Shown: positions 31,438-42,693, counted from the first letter of the stretch. The stretch: DNA of 64,000 nt from a bacterium (GCA_027371855.1 DAHXLB010000011.1:7459-71458); one strand, 5' to 3'. Numbers and translations are program-made. Notes: generated by a model not told the origin, from the letters alone.

Positions 31438-32778
31438 ATGGAAAGAGAAGATGTAATATATAGCGAACACAGCACTCAATTAGATATTCCAGAAGATTTC
31501 AAATTCGGAGCAGGAGTTTCTGGTATGCAGGTAGAGGGTGATGACTATAATAGTGATTGGTCTGATAATTCCCTATTTGGTAGAACTGCACAAAAAAGAG
31601 GTAGAGAAGCATCCCAAAATACAGATTATGGTAATAATCAAGGTAAAGCATTACCTCAGGAATTATGGGATAGAATCAAATCTCAAGCACAGGATCCAGA
31701 AAATTATAAAAGAGGGAGATCTCTTGGTTGGGAGGAAGGTTCGTATACAGAAGATTTAGATATAGCTCAGGATCTAGGCCTTCATATGGTGCGTACGTCT
31801 GTGGAACGCTCAAGAATAGAACCACAAGAGGGTAATTTTGATCCTAAAGCCATACTTCATTACAGACGATTTATTGAAGATTGTAGAAAGAGAGGAATTG
31901 AGCCTGTGATAACATTATTCCACTTTTCAAACCCATTATGGTTATCAAAAAAAGGGGGTTTCGAATCTGAAGGAGTTGCTCAGAATTTTGCAGATTATGT
32001 AGAAAAATTACTAAGAGCAATTGATATTAATGGAGATATAAAACACATAATTATTCTTAATGAACCAGATATATATATATTTATGGGATATCTATACGGA
32101 GGATGGCCACCAGAGAAGAAAAAAAGCTTTGTTTCTGCACTTAAAGTTAGAAGAAATTTAATTGAAGCACATAAAAGATCTTATCAAAAAATTAAATCAT
32201 ATGATGAATCTTCTCTGGTTTCAACATCTGTGAATCTTGTCCATGTAGAACCTAAGTCTAGAAGTATACAGGATAGATTAGGTGCAGAGTTGTTTAGAAA
32301 GTTAAATAATATTTTTTTGCCATCAATAAAAGGAGATATTGATTTTATAGCATTAAGTCAATATATGCACAATGTCAAGAAAGGTATAAACCCTGGTAGT
32401 GGTAATTTCCAAAATAAAGATAGTGAACCAAGGTCAGATTTAGGATGGTATCTAAACCCAGAAAGTATATACCATGTACTTATGTATTTAAAAAAATATG
32501 GGTTACCCATTATGGTTAGCGAAAATGGCCTTGCAGATTCAGAAGATAGACAAAGACCTTGGTTTTTAAGAGAAAGTATTTATCAGGTAATGAGGGCTAT
32601 AAACGATGGAGCTGATGTTAGAGCATATCTTCATTGGTCACTTGTGGATAATATTGAGCTACACGAAGGTAAGTGGCCTAGGTTTGGTCTTATTGGCTTT
32701 GATTACAATACAGGAGAGAGAACTATAAGATGGAGTGCTAGAGAATATAAGAGGATAATAGCATCAAGAAAAGTTTAA
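31438..32778 (+). CDS. glycoside hydrolase family 1 (beta-glucosidase-like)
   Basis: QVEG, TLFHF, NEP and ENG catalytic motifs, WSLVDN. Confidence 0.92.
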   Translation: MEREDVIYSEHSTQLDIPEDFKFGAGVSGMQVEGDDYNSDWSDNSLFGRTAQKRGREASQNTDYGNNQGKALPQELWDRIKSQAQDPENYKRGRSLGWEEGSYTEDLDIAQDLGLHMVRTSVERSRIEPQEGNFDPKAILHYRRFIEDCRKRGIEPVITLFHFSNPLWLSKKGGFESEGVAQNFADYVEKLLRAIDINGDIKHIIILNEPDIYIFMGYLYGGWPPEKKKSFVSALKVRRNLIEAHKRSYQKIKSYDESSLVSTSVNLVHVEPKSRSIQDRLGAELFRKLNNIFLPSIKGDIDFIALSQYMHNVKKGINPGSGNFQNKDSEPRSDLGWYLNPESIYHVLMYLKKYGLPIMVSENGLADSEDRQRPWFLRESIYQVMRAINDGADVRAYLHWSLVDNIELHEGKWPRFGLIGFDYNTGERTIRWSAREYKRIIASRKV

Positions 32779-34419
32779 TTACATCTTAGCTACAGTTTTT
32801 ATACCTAATAGATCTAACCCTACTTTTATCGTTTCCATTGTTTTGTGGGACAATAAAAGTCTTGAATTTTTAATAGGATCTTTTTCTTTTAGTATATTAT
32901 ATTTTTGATATATACCATTATATAATCTTGCTATATCAAGCAAATATTCTGCTAAAACATTAGGCGATAATTTAGCATTATCTACTACATTATTAAAATG
33001 ATATAATTTTCTGAGTAGAATGATCTCTTCTTTCTCATCAAATACTAAATTCTCCTTTTTTAAAGTAATATCACTAATAAGGCTTTTACATCTTACATAT
33101 GTATACTGTAGATACGTGGATGTGTTTCCATTAAAATCAAGTAGGCTATCCCAATTAAACTGGGTGTCTCCAGAGTAATGCTTCTTTAGAATATTAAATT
33201 TGATGGCCCCTACAGCTATATTCTCAATAATTGACTGGTCTTTTATACCTCTTCCTGTCATTATACTTTCCGTCTCTTTCTCTACTTCGTTTATTACATC
33301 TTCCACAGTGATAATATTTCCTTTTCTTGTAGATAACCTTTCTTTATTTTGTAATTTTACGAATCCGTTGAATATAAGGTATATTGTTGCATTTTTTGTA
33401 TACCCAAGCATTATTGCTGCCTTAACCATTTGATCAATTGCGTGCTTCTGCTCCACCCCTATCTCATAAATTATAATGTCCTCCTTCAGAGTTTCACATC
33501 TATATTTTAGTGCAGCTAGGTCTCTTGTTGAATATAAAGTTGTACCATCAGATTTTTGTATTAGTAAAGGTACTTTTTCCCCAGTATCTATAACTACACT
33601 TCCATCATCATCTTTTTTAGCGATTTTCCTTTTAAGTGCATCTTCTATAATCTCTTTTGCAGATACTTCATAAAAACTCTCACCATGCATATTTACAAAA
33701 CTAATGTCTAGAATTTTATATATCTTTTCTATTTCTTTTATACTCCAAGATCTATAATCGTTCCAAAGCTTCATTAATTCTTTATCGCCTTCTTGTAACT
33801 TTTTAAAATATATCTTTCCTTTGTCTTTTAAACTTTCATCAGTTTCCTCTTCTTTATGGAATCTAACGTATAGCTTTAAAAGTTCCTCACTTTTATTTTC
33901 TTCTATCTTTGCAGTATCTCCCCAACTTTCCACAGCATAAAGTAGTTTTCCAAATTGTGTTCCCCAGTCTCCTAAATGATTTTCATTTGTTGTGTCATAA
34001 TTTAAGTATTTATATATTCTATATATAGAATCCCCCACTATTGTAGATACTAGATTCCCTATATGCAGGGGTTTTGCTACATTTGGAGAGGAATATTCAA
34101 CAATAACTTTTTCAATTTTCTTCTCTATGATCTCGCTTATATAAAGATTTTGGGTGAGCTTACTTTGTGGTATCCATATATTTATAAAGCCACCATCCAC
34201 AGTACATTCAAAATCTACTAGATGGGATTTTATCTTCTCTGCAATATCTTTTGGGTTTTGATTAAGTTTTTTTGCAAGTATTAGTGCTATATTAGTGGAA
34301 TAATCTCCATGGTTAATGGATGGTACAGTTATTTTAGGTATAAACTCTAGATTAGAAGTATCAATATCATACTCACTCAGTAGTATTTCTATTATTTTGT
34401 TTTTAATTTCTTCTTTCAT
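32779..34419 (-). CDS. argS: arginine--tRNA ligase
   Basis: EYSSPNVAKPLHIGN, GDWGTQFG, STRKG; start placed at MKEEIK. Confidence 0.96.
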   Translation of the reverse strand: MKEEIKNKIIEILLSEYDIDTSNLEFIPKITVPSINHGDYSTNIALILAKKLNQNPKDIAEKIKSHLVDFECTVDGGFINIWIPQSKLTQNLYISEIIEKKIEKVIVEYSSPNVAKPLHIGNLVSTIVGDSIYRIYKYLNYDTTNENHLGDWGTQFGKLLYAVESWGDTAKIEENKSEELLKLYVRFHKEEETDESLKDKGKIYFKKLQEGDKELMKLWNDYRSWSIKEIEKIYKILDISFVNMHGESFYEVSAKEIIEDALKRKIAKKDDDGSVVIDTGEKVPLLIQKSDGTTLYSTRDLAALKYRCETLKEDIIIYEIGVEQKHAIDQMVKAAIMLGYTKNATIYLIFNGFVKLQNKERLSTRKGNIITVEDVINEVEKETESIMTGRGIKDQSIIENIAVGAIKFNILKKHYSGDTQFNWDSLLDFNGNTSTYLQYTYVRCKSLISDITLKKENLVFDEKEEIILLRKLYHFNNVVDNAKLSPNVLAEYLLDIARLYNGIYQKYNILKEKDPIKNSRLLLSHKTMETIKVGLDLLGIKTVAKM

Positions 34420-34561
34420 AAGATTAAGATCCTTTATCAAATTTTAACACACACGTAGTATTTTTTATATGTTTTTGACTATATTTTTTATTTACCTTAT
34501 AATATTTCTAATCCCCCATTGAAGAATCTAGACTCTTTTTAAATTAGTTTGGAGTTTTATT

Positions 34562-36400
34562 ATTGCTGTAGAAATTTTAGAGGCACAACAAAGTTTTGAA
34601 AGTGAAAATCCTGTACAAATGGAATTCCCTTTTGGTTATGAGGTTCCTTATTTCGTTGAAGAATTTAGTGAAGAAGAAAAGGATATATTAAGACCTTTTT
34701 TTTCTAATTTAACAGATCCAGTTTATATAATACATAATCTTCCAGAGGAGATAATTGGTGCTTTATCCTCAAGATATTCTAGATCTACAAAATCATTAAG
34801 AAGATTGTTTCTTGATGAATATATAAAGCCAATGACGCACCCAGAGGAAACTCCAGAATGGGTTCATGAGAATAATACAGAAAGGCAATCACGTTTAGAA
34901 GTAAAGGATAATATACATAAACTTATTGAATTCCTAAATTTAAGAGGTGATTTGGATAGTGTTTTAAATGTTAAAAAAGGTAGGGAGTTTTTTGAAAAAT
35001 GGTTAGCTTTGTATGGGGATGATTCTATTGCAGAGATGGGGAATCTACATATATGTGTAGAAGGTATTTCAAATATTGCAACTAATGTTATTGAGTCACA
35101 AAGGGTTGGTGTATCTCCAATCGAAAAATCTTCAAGATATGTATCTTTTTCTGAAAAAAGGAGAGATTCTAAATATCAATATGTTATTCCTGAGATTAAG
35201 GATAGAAAACTTAAAGAGGAATATATAGAGGTTATGGATGAATTATTTGATTTATATGTTACATTATCTCCTATATACCTTGAATATATAAAGGATAAAT
35301 ACCCTAAAGGTGATGATGAGACAGAGACATCATTCACTTCATCACGTTCATCAAAAAGATTTGATGATTTAAGGGATATACTCCCCTTCTCTACCCAAAC
35401 ATCATTAGCACTAAACTGTAATGGAAGAGCACTTGAAGGACTTTTAAATAAAATGATTGCATCAGATAATGTAGAGGTTGTTGCTATAGCAGATAAAATA
35501 GTACAAGAGGTCTCAAAGGTAGCTCCTTCATTTATAAAGAGAGTGAAAACAAAAAGAGGAGAGGAAGTACAATCATACAGAAGAGGCATAAGGAATTTAA
35601 GTAATAGATCCCTAGGTCTTTTATCTTCTGATTTTACTGAAACTAAAGAAAAGTCAGATGGTTTTGTAACTTTGATAGATGCAAGTTCAAATGCTGAAAG
35701 AAAAGTTTTAATATCATACCTTTATGGTGACAATAAGATACCTCTTTCTTACCAGGATATACTCAAAATAGTAAATAATTTATCTTCTGATAAAGTAGCT
35801 GAAATTTTTAAAACATTATTTGAAGAAAGAGAGCAACTTGGTAGCGAATCTACAGATGGTAATAAAATTAAACGTGAAGTGGTAAGGTTTAGAAAAGTTC
35901 CTAGGGCATTTGAAATTGCATCATACGCATTTAGCATTGTAGCAAGAGGAGGAGATTTTAGAGATTTACATAGACACAGACAGTTAACATCACAAAGAGG
36001 TGTTTTCACAACTTCTCTTGGGTATGATCTTGACCAAGATGTTATTGAGTCTCCTTTTTTTAAAGATATACAAAGAGTATTCTCTAAAGTTGAGAGTTTA
36101 TATAAAAAATTATCTTTAGAATCTTCTGAGTCTGCACAGTATGCTATTCCATATGGTTACATGCAAGAATGGTATATGAATGCTACAGCAAGAGAAATAT
36201 TTTGGATGGTCGAACTTAGAACCGGTCCTCAAGGAAGACCTCACTATAGAGAAGTAATGCAGCAAATGGCTAAAATTGTTAAAGATAGACACCCAAACCT
36301 ATTTTCAGGATTACACTGTGATTGGGCTGATTATCATATTGCACGAAGAGAATCTGAAATAAGGATTGAGAAAAAAATACGAAGTATTAGTAAAGAATAA
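34562..36400 (+). CDS. thyX: FAD-dependent thymidylate synthase, tandem-domain type
   Basis: YGDDSIAE, EKSSRY, RDLHRHR, ELRT...G.PHYR; frame open upstream of ATG 34619 to an ATT at 34562 with GGAG 7 nt before. Confidence 0.85.
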   Translation: MAVEILEAQQSFESENPVQMEFPFGYEVPYFVEEFSEEEKDILRPFFSNLTDPVYIIHNLPEEIIGALSSRYSRSTKSLRRLFLDEYIKPMTHPEETPEWVHENNTERQSRLEVKDNIHKLIEFLNLRGDLDSVLNVKKGREFFEKWLALYGDDSIAEMGNLHICVEGISNIATNVIESQRVGVSPIEKSSRYVSFSEKRRDSKYQYVIPEIKDRKLKEEYIEVMDELFDLYVTLSPIYLEYIKDKYPKGDDETETSFTSSRSSKRFDDLRDILPFSTQTSLALNCNGRALEGLLNKMIASDNVEVVAIADKIVQEVSKVAPSFIKRVKTKRGEEVQSYRRGIRNLSNRSLGLLSSDFTETKEKSDGFVTLIDASSNAERKVLISYLYGDNKIPLSYQDILKIVNNLSSDKVAEIFKTLFEEREQLGSESTDGNKIKREVVRFRKVPRAFEIASYAFSIVARGGDFRDLHRHRQLTSQRGVFTTSLGYDLDQDVIESPFFKDIQRVFSKVESLYKKLSLESSESAQYAIPYGYMQEWYMNATAREIFWMVELRTGPQGRPHYREVMQQMAKIVKDRHPNLFSGLHCDWADYHIARRESEIRIEKKIRSISKE

Positions 36401-36401
36401 C

Positions 36402-37238
36402 ATGGAATTTTCACCTGAAAGATTGAATGAACAAGAAAATTTTAAAATATCTGTAATAGATGGTATTGATGGGTCTGGAAAAGGTTCTGCAACAGAGGAG
36501 ATGGCAGATGTAATTTCAGGATTAGGATATAACGTATTAACTGTAGATTATCCTCAATATGATGCCTTGTGGGGTCAAATAATACAAAAACTTTTAAATA
36601 GTGATGATACTAGTATTGATATATACTCGAGGATGGCTATATATGCATTAAATAGGTTAGAGACAGTTCCTCAACTTAAAGAACAAATTGATGGTTTCAT
36701 TTCTCCTACATATGTACTTTTTGACAGATTTATAACATCTAATGCTATGACGTGTGCTTATTACTCAAAAAGAGACCCTAAAGTATTAGATGATGTTGAA
36801 TCTTTATATAGATTTATGTTTGATTTAGACTCCACCTTTTTACAGTCACTCGGTATTTCTGATTTTCATGTTGTTGTTCCTACAATTGATCATAAAAAAG
36901 CTGTTCAGTCTGTGGAGAAGGATAGCGGGAGAAGTGGTGCTGATTTATATGAACAGGAGGATGTTCTAAGATTAGGCAATAGGATATATCGTGAATTTGC
37001 TGAACTAGACCCACAAAGATTTACTCTTCTAAATCAAGCACCTTTGGGTATAAGGATGTCTAGAGGTGAAATTGCACATGAAATTATCAAAATTCAGTTT
37101 CCCAGGATAAAAGAACGTAAAGGTTTTGTAGGTGAAATTTCTAAATTTGAGTTTAATCAGTCTAGTGTTGATACTTCCCTATTCCAAGGTATATTAGATA
37201 GATTCCCTGTATTAAAGATGATAGATCCATATAAATAG
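36402..37238 (+). CDS. tmk: thymidylate kinase-like protein
   Basis: DGIDGSGKGS P-loop, YPQY, DRF; follows thyX; start at MEFSPE. Confidence 0.75.
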   Translation: MEFSPERLNEQENFKISVIDGIDGSGKGSATEEMADVISGLGYNVLTVDYPQYDALWGQIIQKLLNSDDTSIDIYSRMAIYALNRLETVPQLKEQIDGFISPTYVLFDRFITSNAMTCAYYSKRDPKVLDDVESLYRFMFDLDSTFLQSLGISDFHVVVPTIDHKKAVQSVEKDSGRSGADLYEQEDVLRLGNRIYREFAELDPQRFTLLNQAPLGIRMSRGEIAHEIIKIQFPRIKERKGFVGEISKFEFNQSSVDTSLFQGILDRFPVLKMIDPYK

Positions 37239-37329
37239 AAGGTCATATGATCTAGCCCTTTTATGACCAAGGTTCCAGGACCAAGGTCAACGTTTGAATT
37301 TATAATTTTTTTTATATAATATATATTTC

Positions 37330-38679
37330 ATGGATGAATTAATTTTTAAAGCTTATGATATAAGGGGGATTTACCCAACAGAGATTAATGAGGATATAGT
37401 TTCAAGAATAGGATATTTCTTCGTTAAATACGGTAATTTGAAGAATATATGTGTTGGTAGAGATATACGATCATCTTCCCCATCACTGTTTTCAAGTTTC
37501 ACCAAAGGGGCTATTTCTGCAGGAGCTCAGGTTACTGATATTGGTGTTATTTCTACTGATATGATGTATTTTGCTGCAGGATACTATAAATTCGATGGAG
37601 GTGCTCAAATTACAGCATCTCATAATCCTAAAGAATATAACGGAGTGAAATTGGTACTTGGTGATGTGGATCCTATATCAGGAGATAACGGGATGTATGA
37701 ATTACGTGATATGGTAAAGGATAGTCTTTCTCATGATATAGACTATTCAGATAAAATAGAAACAGTAAAGATAAATATACTGGATGATTATGTTAATCAT
37801 GTTCTATCTTTTGTAGATAAAGACAGGATGAATGGTCTAAAAGTAGTTGTAGATGCAGGTAATGGCGTGGCTGGATATGTTGTTGATGCTATATTTAAAA
37901 AACTGGACTGTGAGCTTGTGAGCATGTATTTTGACCCTGATGAGAATTTTCCTAACCATCCTGCAAATCCTATGGAGGAAGCTAATCTTCAAGATATAGA
38001 AAAAAAAGTTATTGAAGTACATGCAGATTTGGGTGTAGCTTTCGATGGAGATGCGGACAGATGTGGTTTTGTTGATAATAACGGTGTTTCTTCAACAGGT
38101 TATTTTATTACAGCATTACTTTCAAAAAATATATTGATTAAAAATCATGGAGCTAAAATAATACATGACCCAAGACAGATTTGGGCTATAGATGATACTG
38201 TCAAAGAGATGGGAGGAATACCTATAATATCTAAGGCGGGACATTCTTTTATTGCAGCTAGAATGAAAAAAGAAGATGCTGTATTCGCAGGAGAAATAAG
38301 CTCTCATTTTTATTTTAAAGATAACTTCTATTCAGATAATGGTATGATACCTATGCTAATGATGATGGAGCTTTTAAAGACTCAAAATACTACATTTTCT
38401 TCCCTACTCTCATACTATAGATCAAAATATTTTACTTCTCCTGAAATCAATTATGAGGTTTTAGATACAGAAAAAGTACTTGATGATGTTGAAAGGCAAT
38501 ATTCAGGAAATAAAGATTGTAGAATAGCACATATTGATGGTTTATCAGTGGATTTTAGTGACTGGAGATTCAATCTAAGAGGTTCTAACACAGAACCGCT
38601 GGTAAGACTTAATGTTGAAGCAAAATCCCAAAATCTTCTGGATTCACATATTGAAGAAGTGAAAAATTTCATTAAGTAA
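37330..38679 (+). CDS. phosphomannomutase/phosphoglucomutase
   Basis: FKAYDIRG, TASHNP, FDGDADR, GEISSH, SNTEP. Confidence 0.95.
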   Translation: MDELIFKAYDIRGIYPTEINEDIVSRIGYFFVKYGNLKNICVGRDIRSSSPSLFSSFTKGAISAGAQVTDIGVISTDMMYFAAGYYKFDGGAQITASHNPKEYNGVKLVLGDVDPISGDNGMYELRDMVKDSLSHDIDYSDKIETVKINILDDYVNHVLSFVDKDRMNGLKVVVDAGNGVAGYVVDAIFKKLDCELVSMYFDPDENFPNHPANPMEEANLQDIEKKVIEVHADLGVAFDGDADRCGFVDNNGVSSTGYFITALLSKNILIKNHGAKIIHDPRQIWAIDDTVKEMGGIPIISKAGHSFIAARMKKEDAVFAGEISSHFYFKDNFYSDNGMIPMLMMMELLKTQNTTFSSLLSYYRSKYFTSPEINYEVLDTEKVLDDVERQYSGNKDCRIAHIDGLSVDFSDWRFNLRGSNTEPLVRLNVEAKSQNLLDSHIEEVKNFIK

Positions 38680-38747
38680 GATATTTAATAATTTGATATA
38701 TCCCTATTTGACTTCATTTATTTCCATACAACCACCCTATAGTTCTA

Positions 38748-38772
38748 ATATCAATACTATAGGTATTGATAT
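38748..38772. promoter_or_regulatory. inverted repeat upstream of ABC transporter, candidate operator
   Basis: ATATCAATAC-tatag-GTATTGATAT, perfect 10-bp arms. Confidence 0.45.
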
Positions 38773-38800
38773 ATTAATTCTTTTAATATAAATTATTATT

Positions 38801-39508
38801 ATGTTAGAAATTATTAATCTGTCTAAATCATTTAATGGAAGAAAAGTTCTTCACGATATCAATATTAAGGTACAAGAAGGTGAAATATATGGATTTTTAG
38901 GGCCTAATGGTGCAGGAAAGAGTACTACAGTAAAAATAATGACTGGGATATATGTACAAGATAGTGGTAAGGTACTAATAGATGGCAAGGACAATAGAGA
39001 TATTGAAGTAAAAAAGATACTTGGATATATGCCTGATGAACCATATGTATATGAGAGACTTGATGCAAAAGAATTTCTATCCTTTGTAGCAGATATATAT
39101 GATGTTCAGGATAGGGATAGGAAAATAAAAGAAGCATTAACTCTTTTTGATATAGATGAAAACCCTGACTTAAATATAGAAAATCTATCTAGAGGTTCTA
39201 GACAAAAACTTGTTATTGCTGCAACCCTAATGCATGATCCTAAGATTTTAATAATAGATGAGCCTCTAATAGGGTTAGATCCCAAATCTGTTATACAATT
39301 TCAAGCTATATTAGAAGAGTTTGCAAAAAATAAGGGTATTGTATTCTTATCCACGCACTCACTAGATATAGCTTCCAAAATTTGTACAAGGATTGGAATA
39401 ATCAATCAGGGAAAGATCATTGATGAGGGTACTATAGATGAATTAAAAAGTGAAACTAAGAAAAATAATTTAGAAGATGTCTTTTTAAAACTGACATATG
39501 ATATATGA
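38801..39508 (+). CDS. ABC transporter ATP-binding protein
   Basis: GPNGAGKST, LSRG, IIDEP, STH. Confidence 0.95.
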   Translation: MLEIINLSKSFNGRKVLHDINIKVQEGEIYGFLGPNGAGKSTTVKIMTGIYVQDSGKVLIDGKDNRDIEVKKILGYMPDEPYVYERLDAKEFLSFVADIYDVQDRDRKIKEALTLFDIDENPDLNIENLSRGSRQKLVIAATLMHDPKILIIDEPLIGLDPKSVIQFQAILEEFAKNKGIVFLSTHSLDIASKICTRIGIINQGKIIDEGTIDELKSETKKNNLEDVFLKLTYDI

Positions 39509-39520
39509 GACATATGATAT

Positions 39521-41080
39521 ATGAAGAGTAAATATTTCATCAAGTATGCCCTACTTGCAAACTCAAAATATTTTAAAGAGAAGAATATTGCAAGGAAGAT
39601 CGTAATTTTCCTGTTTTTTCTTGCAGTAATATCTTTACTACTAATAGAGTTTGTACTTTATTTCTTCTTACTTACTATATTAAAACAACATAACGTTAAT
39701 ATTGATGTTGTAAATGCAATAATATCAGATTCATTGTTTTTTATATTTATATTCTCGCTTATATCATCTTGTGCGTTGCTTTTTAAAACTTTTTTGATAA
39801 ACCCTTTTGAAAGCTATATTTTAACATTTCCTGTTTCTAAAGGAGACGTAATAATATCAAAAATGGCTCATATATTTTTTACAAATATACTAATAATATC
39901 TCTTTTTTCATCTCCAATAATATTCACATACATTTACATATATAACATACAATTTTTTACCCTCCCCTTTCTAATTTTGGTAATAATACTTTTTATCCTT
40001 TCATCAATATTTGTTACTTTATTTGATGCTATATGGGTTATGATTACTAATCAAATATTCCCTCAACTTCGGGCTAGTATAAAGACAAATATTTCCTTGG
40101 TAGTTATACTTTTACTATCTTTCCTTTTAGCTTTAAGAAGTATTCCAAATCTAGAGTTACTTTCTAAATCAAAAAATGTTGCTTCATTTACAAATATAAT
40201 GATGCAGTCCAAGCCTTTTAGTTTTCTACCGTCAAGTCTTATATCTAATATATTAAGTTTTAGAGATTATTCACAACTTGTAATTCTAATTTTTGAGATA
40301 ATAATTTTATATTTTATTTTTACTTTTCTTTCAAAAAAAGTTGTTTTTAAACTATCAACTCAGATAAAATCTGATAAAAATACTAAATATTTTAAAAACT
40401 TTATTCTAAATAAAGAGCTAAATAATTTTTTTAAACAAGAGAGAAATTTGATTAACTCTTTATCAATATTTTTTCTTTTAGCGATATTTATAGTTTTGAT
40501 AATAAGTATAGGTAATGCTAATATATCTTCAAAATACTACAGCCTATTTTATGTATTAATTCTTGGAAGTTTTGCTTATATATTAACATTGTTATCGTTA
40601 TATTTTATCTTTCCATCACTATCTTTGGAGAAAAAAGGAGGTTGGGTAATATTCCAAGCACCCATAAAAAGAAGTGTAATTTTAAAATATAAATTCATAG
40701 CATCAGTGATATTTATGTTTGTACAAACTCTGATTTTATATTTAATTTTTCAATTTTTTCTCAATTTCAAGGGAAACTATTTTTACTATTTTATAATATT
40801 TACAATAATAACATTTTTAACTATTAGTGTAATATTCTTATCTTTGGGTACTATCTCTCCTAATTTTAAAAATAGGAGCCTACAGGATTTGTCTACTACG
40901 CCATCAGCATTGTTTGCTACATTTTTGAGTATATTCTATATAGCATTTCTACTATATATATTATATAAATATGGGGTTTTAGTATCTTTAATCTTAATGG
41001 TAATAATATCAGGACTAATTATTTTAATACTAATGAAAAAAGCATTTTTAAAAATTAATAATATGGATATAGATCTCTAG
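39521..41080 (+). CDS. ABC exporter permease
   Basis: Multi-pass membrane protein, two halves (LTFPV, FQAPI), follows the ATPase. Confidence 0.8.
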   Translation: MKSKYFIKYALLANSKYFKEKNIARKIVIFLFFLAVISLLLIEFVLYFFLLTILKQHNVNIDVVNAIISDSLFFIFIFSLISSCALLFKTFLINPFESYILTFPVSKGDVIISKMAHIFFTNILIISLFSSPIIFTYIYIYNIQFFTLPFLILVIILFILSSIFVTLFDAIWVMITNQIFPQLRASIKTNISLVVILLLSFLLALRSIPNLELLSKSKNVASFTNIMMQSKPFSFLPSSLISNILSFRDYSQLVILIFEIIILYFIFTFLSKKVVFKLSTQIKSDKNTKYFKNFILNKELNNFFKQERNLINSLSIFFLLAIFIVLIISIGNANISSKYYSLFYVLILGSFAYILTLLSLYFIFPSLSLEKKGGWVIFQAPIKRSVILKYKFIASVIFMFVQTLILYLIFQFFLNFKGNYFYYFIIFTIITFLTISVIFLSLGTISPNFKNRSLQDLSTTPSALFATFLSIFYIAFLLYILYKYGVLVSLILMVIISGLIILILMKKAFLKINNMDIDL

Positions 41081-41084
41081 TTCA

Positions 41085-41462
41085 TTATTTGTCTATTGTA
41101 TGGAATAAACCATCTTTTTCTATTCTATCTTCCATCTCGTGAAATACTTCTTGCCATGTATGTTCACCATCAAAACCTAATCTTTGAAGTTCAAAGAATA
41201 GTATTTCATCACACCTACCACTTTCTAAAACTGTTCCTATTATTTTAGAATATCTTAAAGCAATTTCATCCCATGTTAAAAGATTCTCTTCCATTAACCA
41301 CATAGATAATAATGTTCTTTCATCTAGGTCTAATTCTTCGTAAGCCTGATCTGCTCTTTTGCGCGATTTTTTTGCTTCATTAGCTATCTTACTAGCTTCT
41401 TTTCTTCTTTGAGCCCCTTCTGTAAAAATCAAATTTTGTCTTATGCTCTCTACAGTTTCCAT
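41085..41462 (-). CDS. hypothetical protein
   Basis: 125-aa ORF starting 1 nt after proS stop; no recognised motif. Confidence 0.6.
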   Translation of the reverse strand: METVESIRQNLIFTEGAQRRKEASKIANEAKKSRKRADQAYEELDLDERTLLSMWLMEENLLTWDEIALRYSKIIGTVLESGRCDEILFFELQRLGFDGEHTWQEVFHEMEDRIEKDGLFHTIDK

Positions 41463-41463
41463 T

Positions 41464-42693
41464 TTAATATTTAATTTTATCTATAGGCAATATATTAACT
41501 TTATCTTCATTTCTTTTTTTTATCTCCGCTCCCCCAGCCTCAATACTTCTTTTAGTAATTAGAATTCTTAGAGGGATTCCTATTAGATCAGCATCTTGCA
41601 GTTTCTCTCCAATAGTAAGATTTTCTCTATCATCAAATAAAACACTCTTCCCATCTTTCTCTAGTTTGTCTGTTATCTTTGTTACTGTATCAATATTTTC
41701 ATTGTTAACATTTATGATATGAACATCATATGGGGCTACTGAAGTTGGCCAGATAATACCATTATCATCATTGAATTTCTCTACAATTATTCCCATTAAC
41801 CTACTTATTCCTATGCCATAACATCCCATATAGACCTCTTTATCCTGATTATTTTCATCTCTAAATAAGTAACCAAATGGTTTAGAATATTTTGTATCAA
41901 TTTGAAAAATGTTTGCTACTTCAGAAGCTTTTTCTGATTTAATAGAGGTCTTTAGATCTTTTGGTACAATTTCTTCATTATAGTAAATATTGTTTTTGGA
42001 ATCATAATAAATACTATCTTCTCCAGTACTACATCTAACTTGAAACTCTGTGGAGTAATTTTTTGTAAAATCACCTCCTGACGCTAAAACTTCTACAGTA
42101 TCTTTTTCAAGTTCTAATTTTTTAAAAATGTTCCAATAGTATTCTTTCATACCATCAAAATATTTCTGCAAATCTTCTTTATTCTGGTGAAAACTATATA
42201 AATCTTTCATAATAAATTCTCTTCCACGTAAGAGTCCAGATTTAGGTCTCTTTTCATTTCTAAACTTTGTTTGTATTTGGTATATAGCGAATGGAAGGTC
42301 TTTATAACTGGAATTATATTTTTTAGCTAGAGGTGTAACTATTTCTTCATGAGAAGGATTTAGAATATATTCATTGTTATTTTCTTCTTTTGATAATTTG
42401 TTTCCTCCCAAAGCTTTAAAAATGACATCAAAGCTATCTAATCTCCCAGTTATTTTCCATATATCCATAGGAGATATAGATGGCATTAAAATTTCATTGG
42501 AAATCTTATCCATCTCCTCTCTTATTATATTTTCTATCTTTGATATTACTCTAAGTCCTAGAGGTAAATATGTATAGACGCCAGCCATTTCCTGATTTAT
42601 AAAACCAGCTTTCTGAAGGAGAGTTGCATTTATGGAATCAAATTCTTTTGCTTCTTTATTAGTTTTTCCAAATAATTTTGAATATCTTTGCAT
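41464..42693 (-). CDS. proS: proline--tRNA ligase (short form)
   Basis: KFRNEKRP..GLLRGREFIMKD, MGCYGIGISR, DADLIGIP. Confidence 0.96.
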   Translation of the reverse strand: MQRYSKLFGKTNKEAKEFDSINATLLQKAGFINQEMAGVYTYLPLGLRVISKIENIIREEMDKISNEILMPSISPMDIWKITGRLDSFDVIFKALGGNKLSKEENNNEYILNPSHEEIVTPLAKKYNSSYKDLPFAIYQIQTKFRNEKRPKSGLLRGREFIMKDLYSFHQNKEDLQKYFDGMKEYYWNIFKKLELEKDTVEVLASGGDFTKNYSTEFQVRCSTGEDSIYYDSKNNIYYNEEIVPKDLKTSIKSEKASEVANIFQIDTKYSKPFGYLFRDENNQDKEVYMGCYGIGISRLMGIIVEKFNDDNGIIWPTSVAPYDVHIINVNNENIDTVTKITDKLEKDGKSVLFDDRENLTIGEKLQDADLIGIPLRILITKRSIEAGGAEIKKRNEDKVNILPIDKIKY

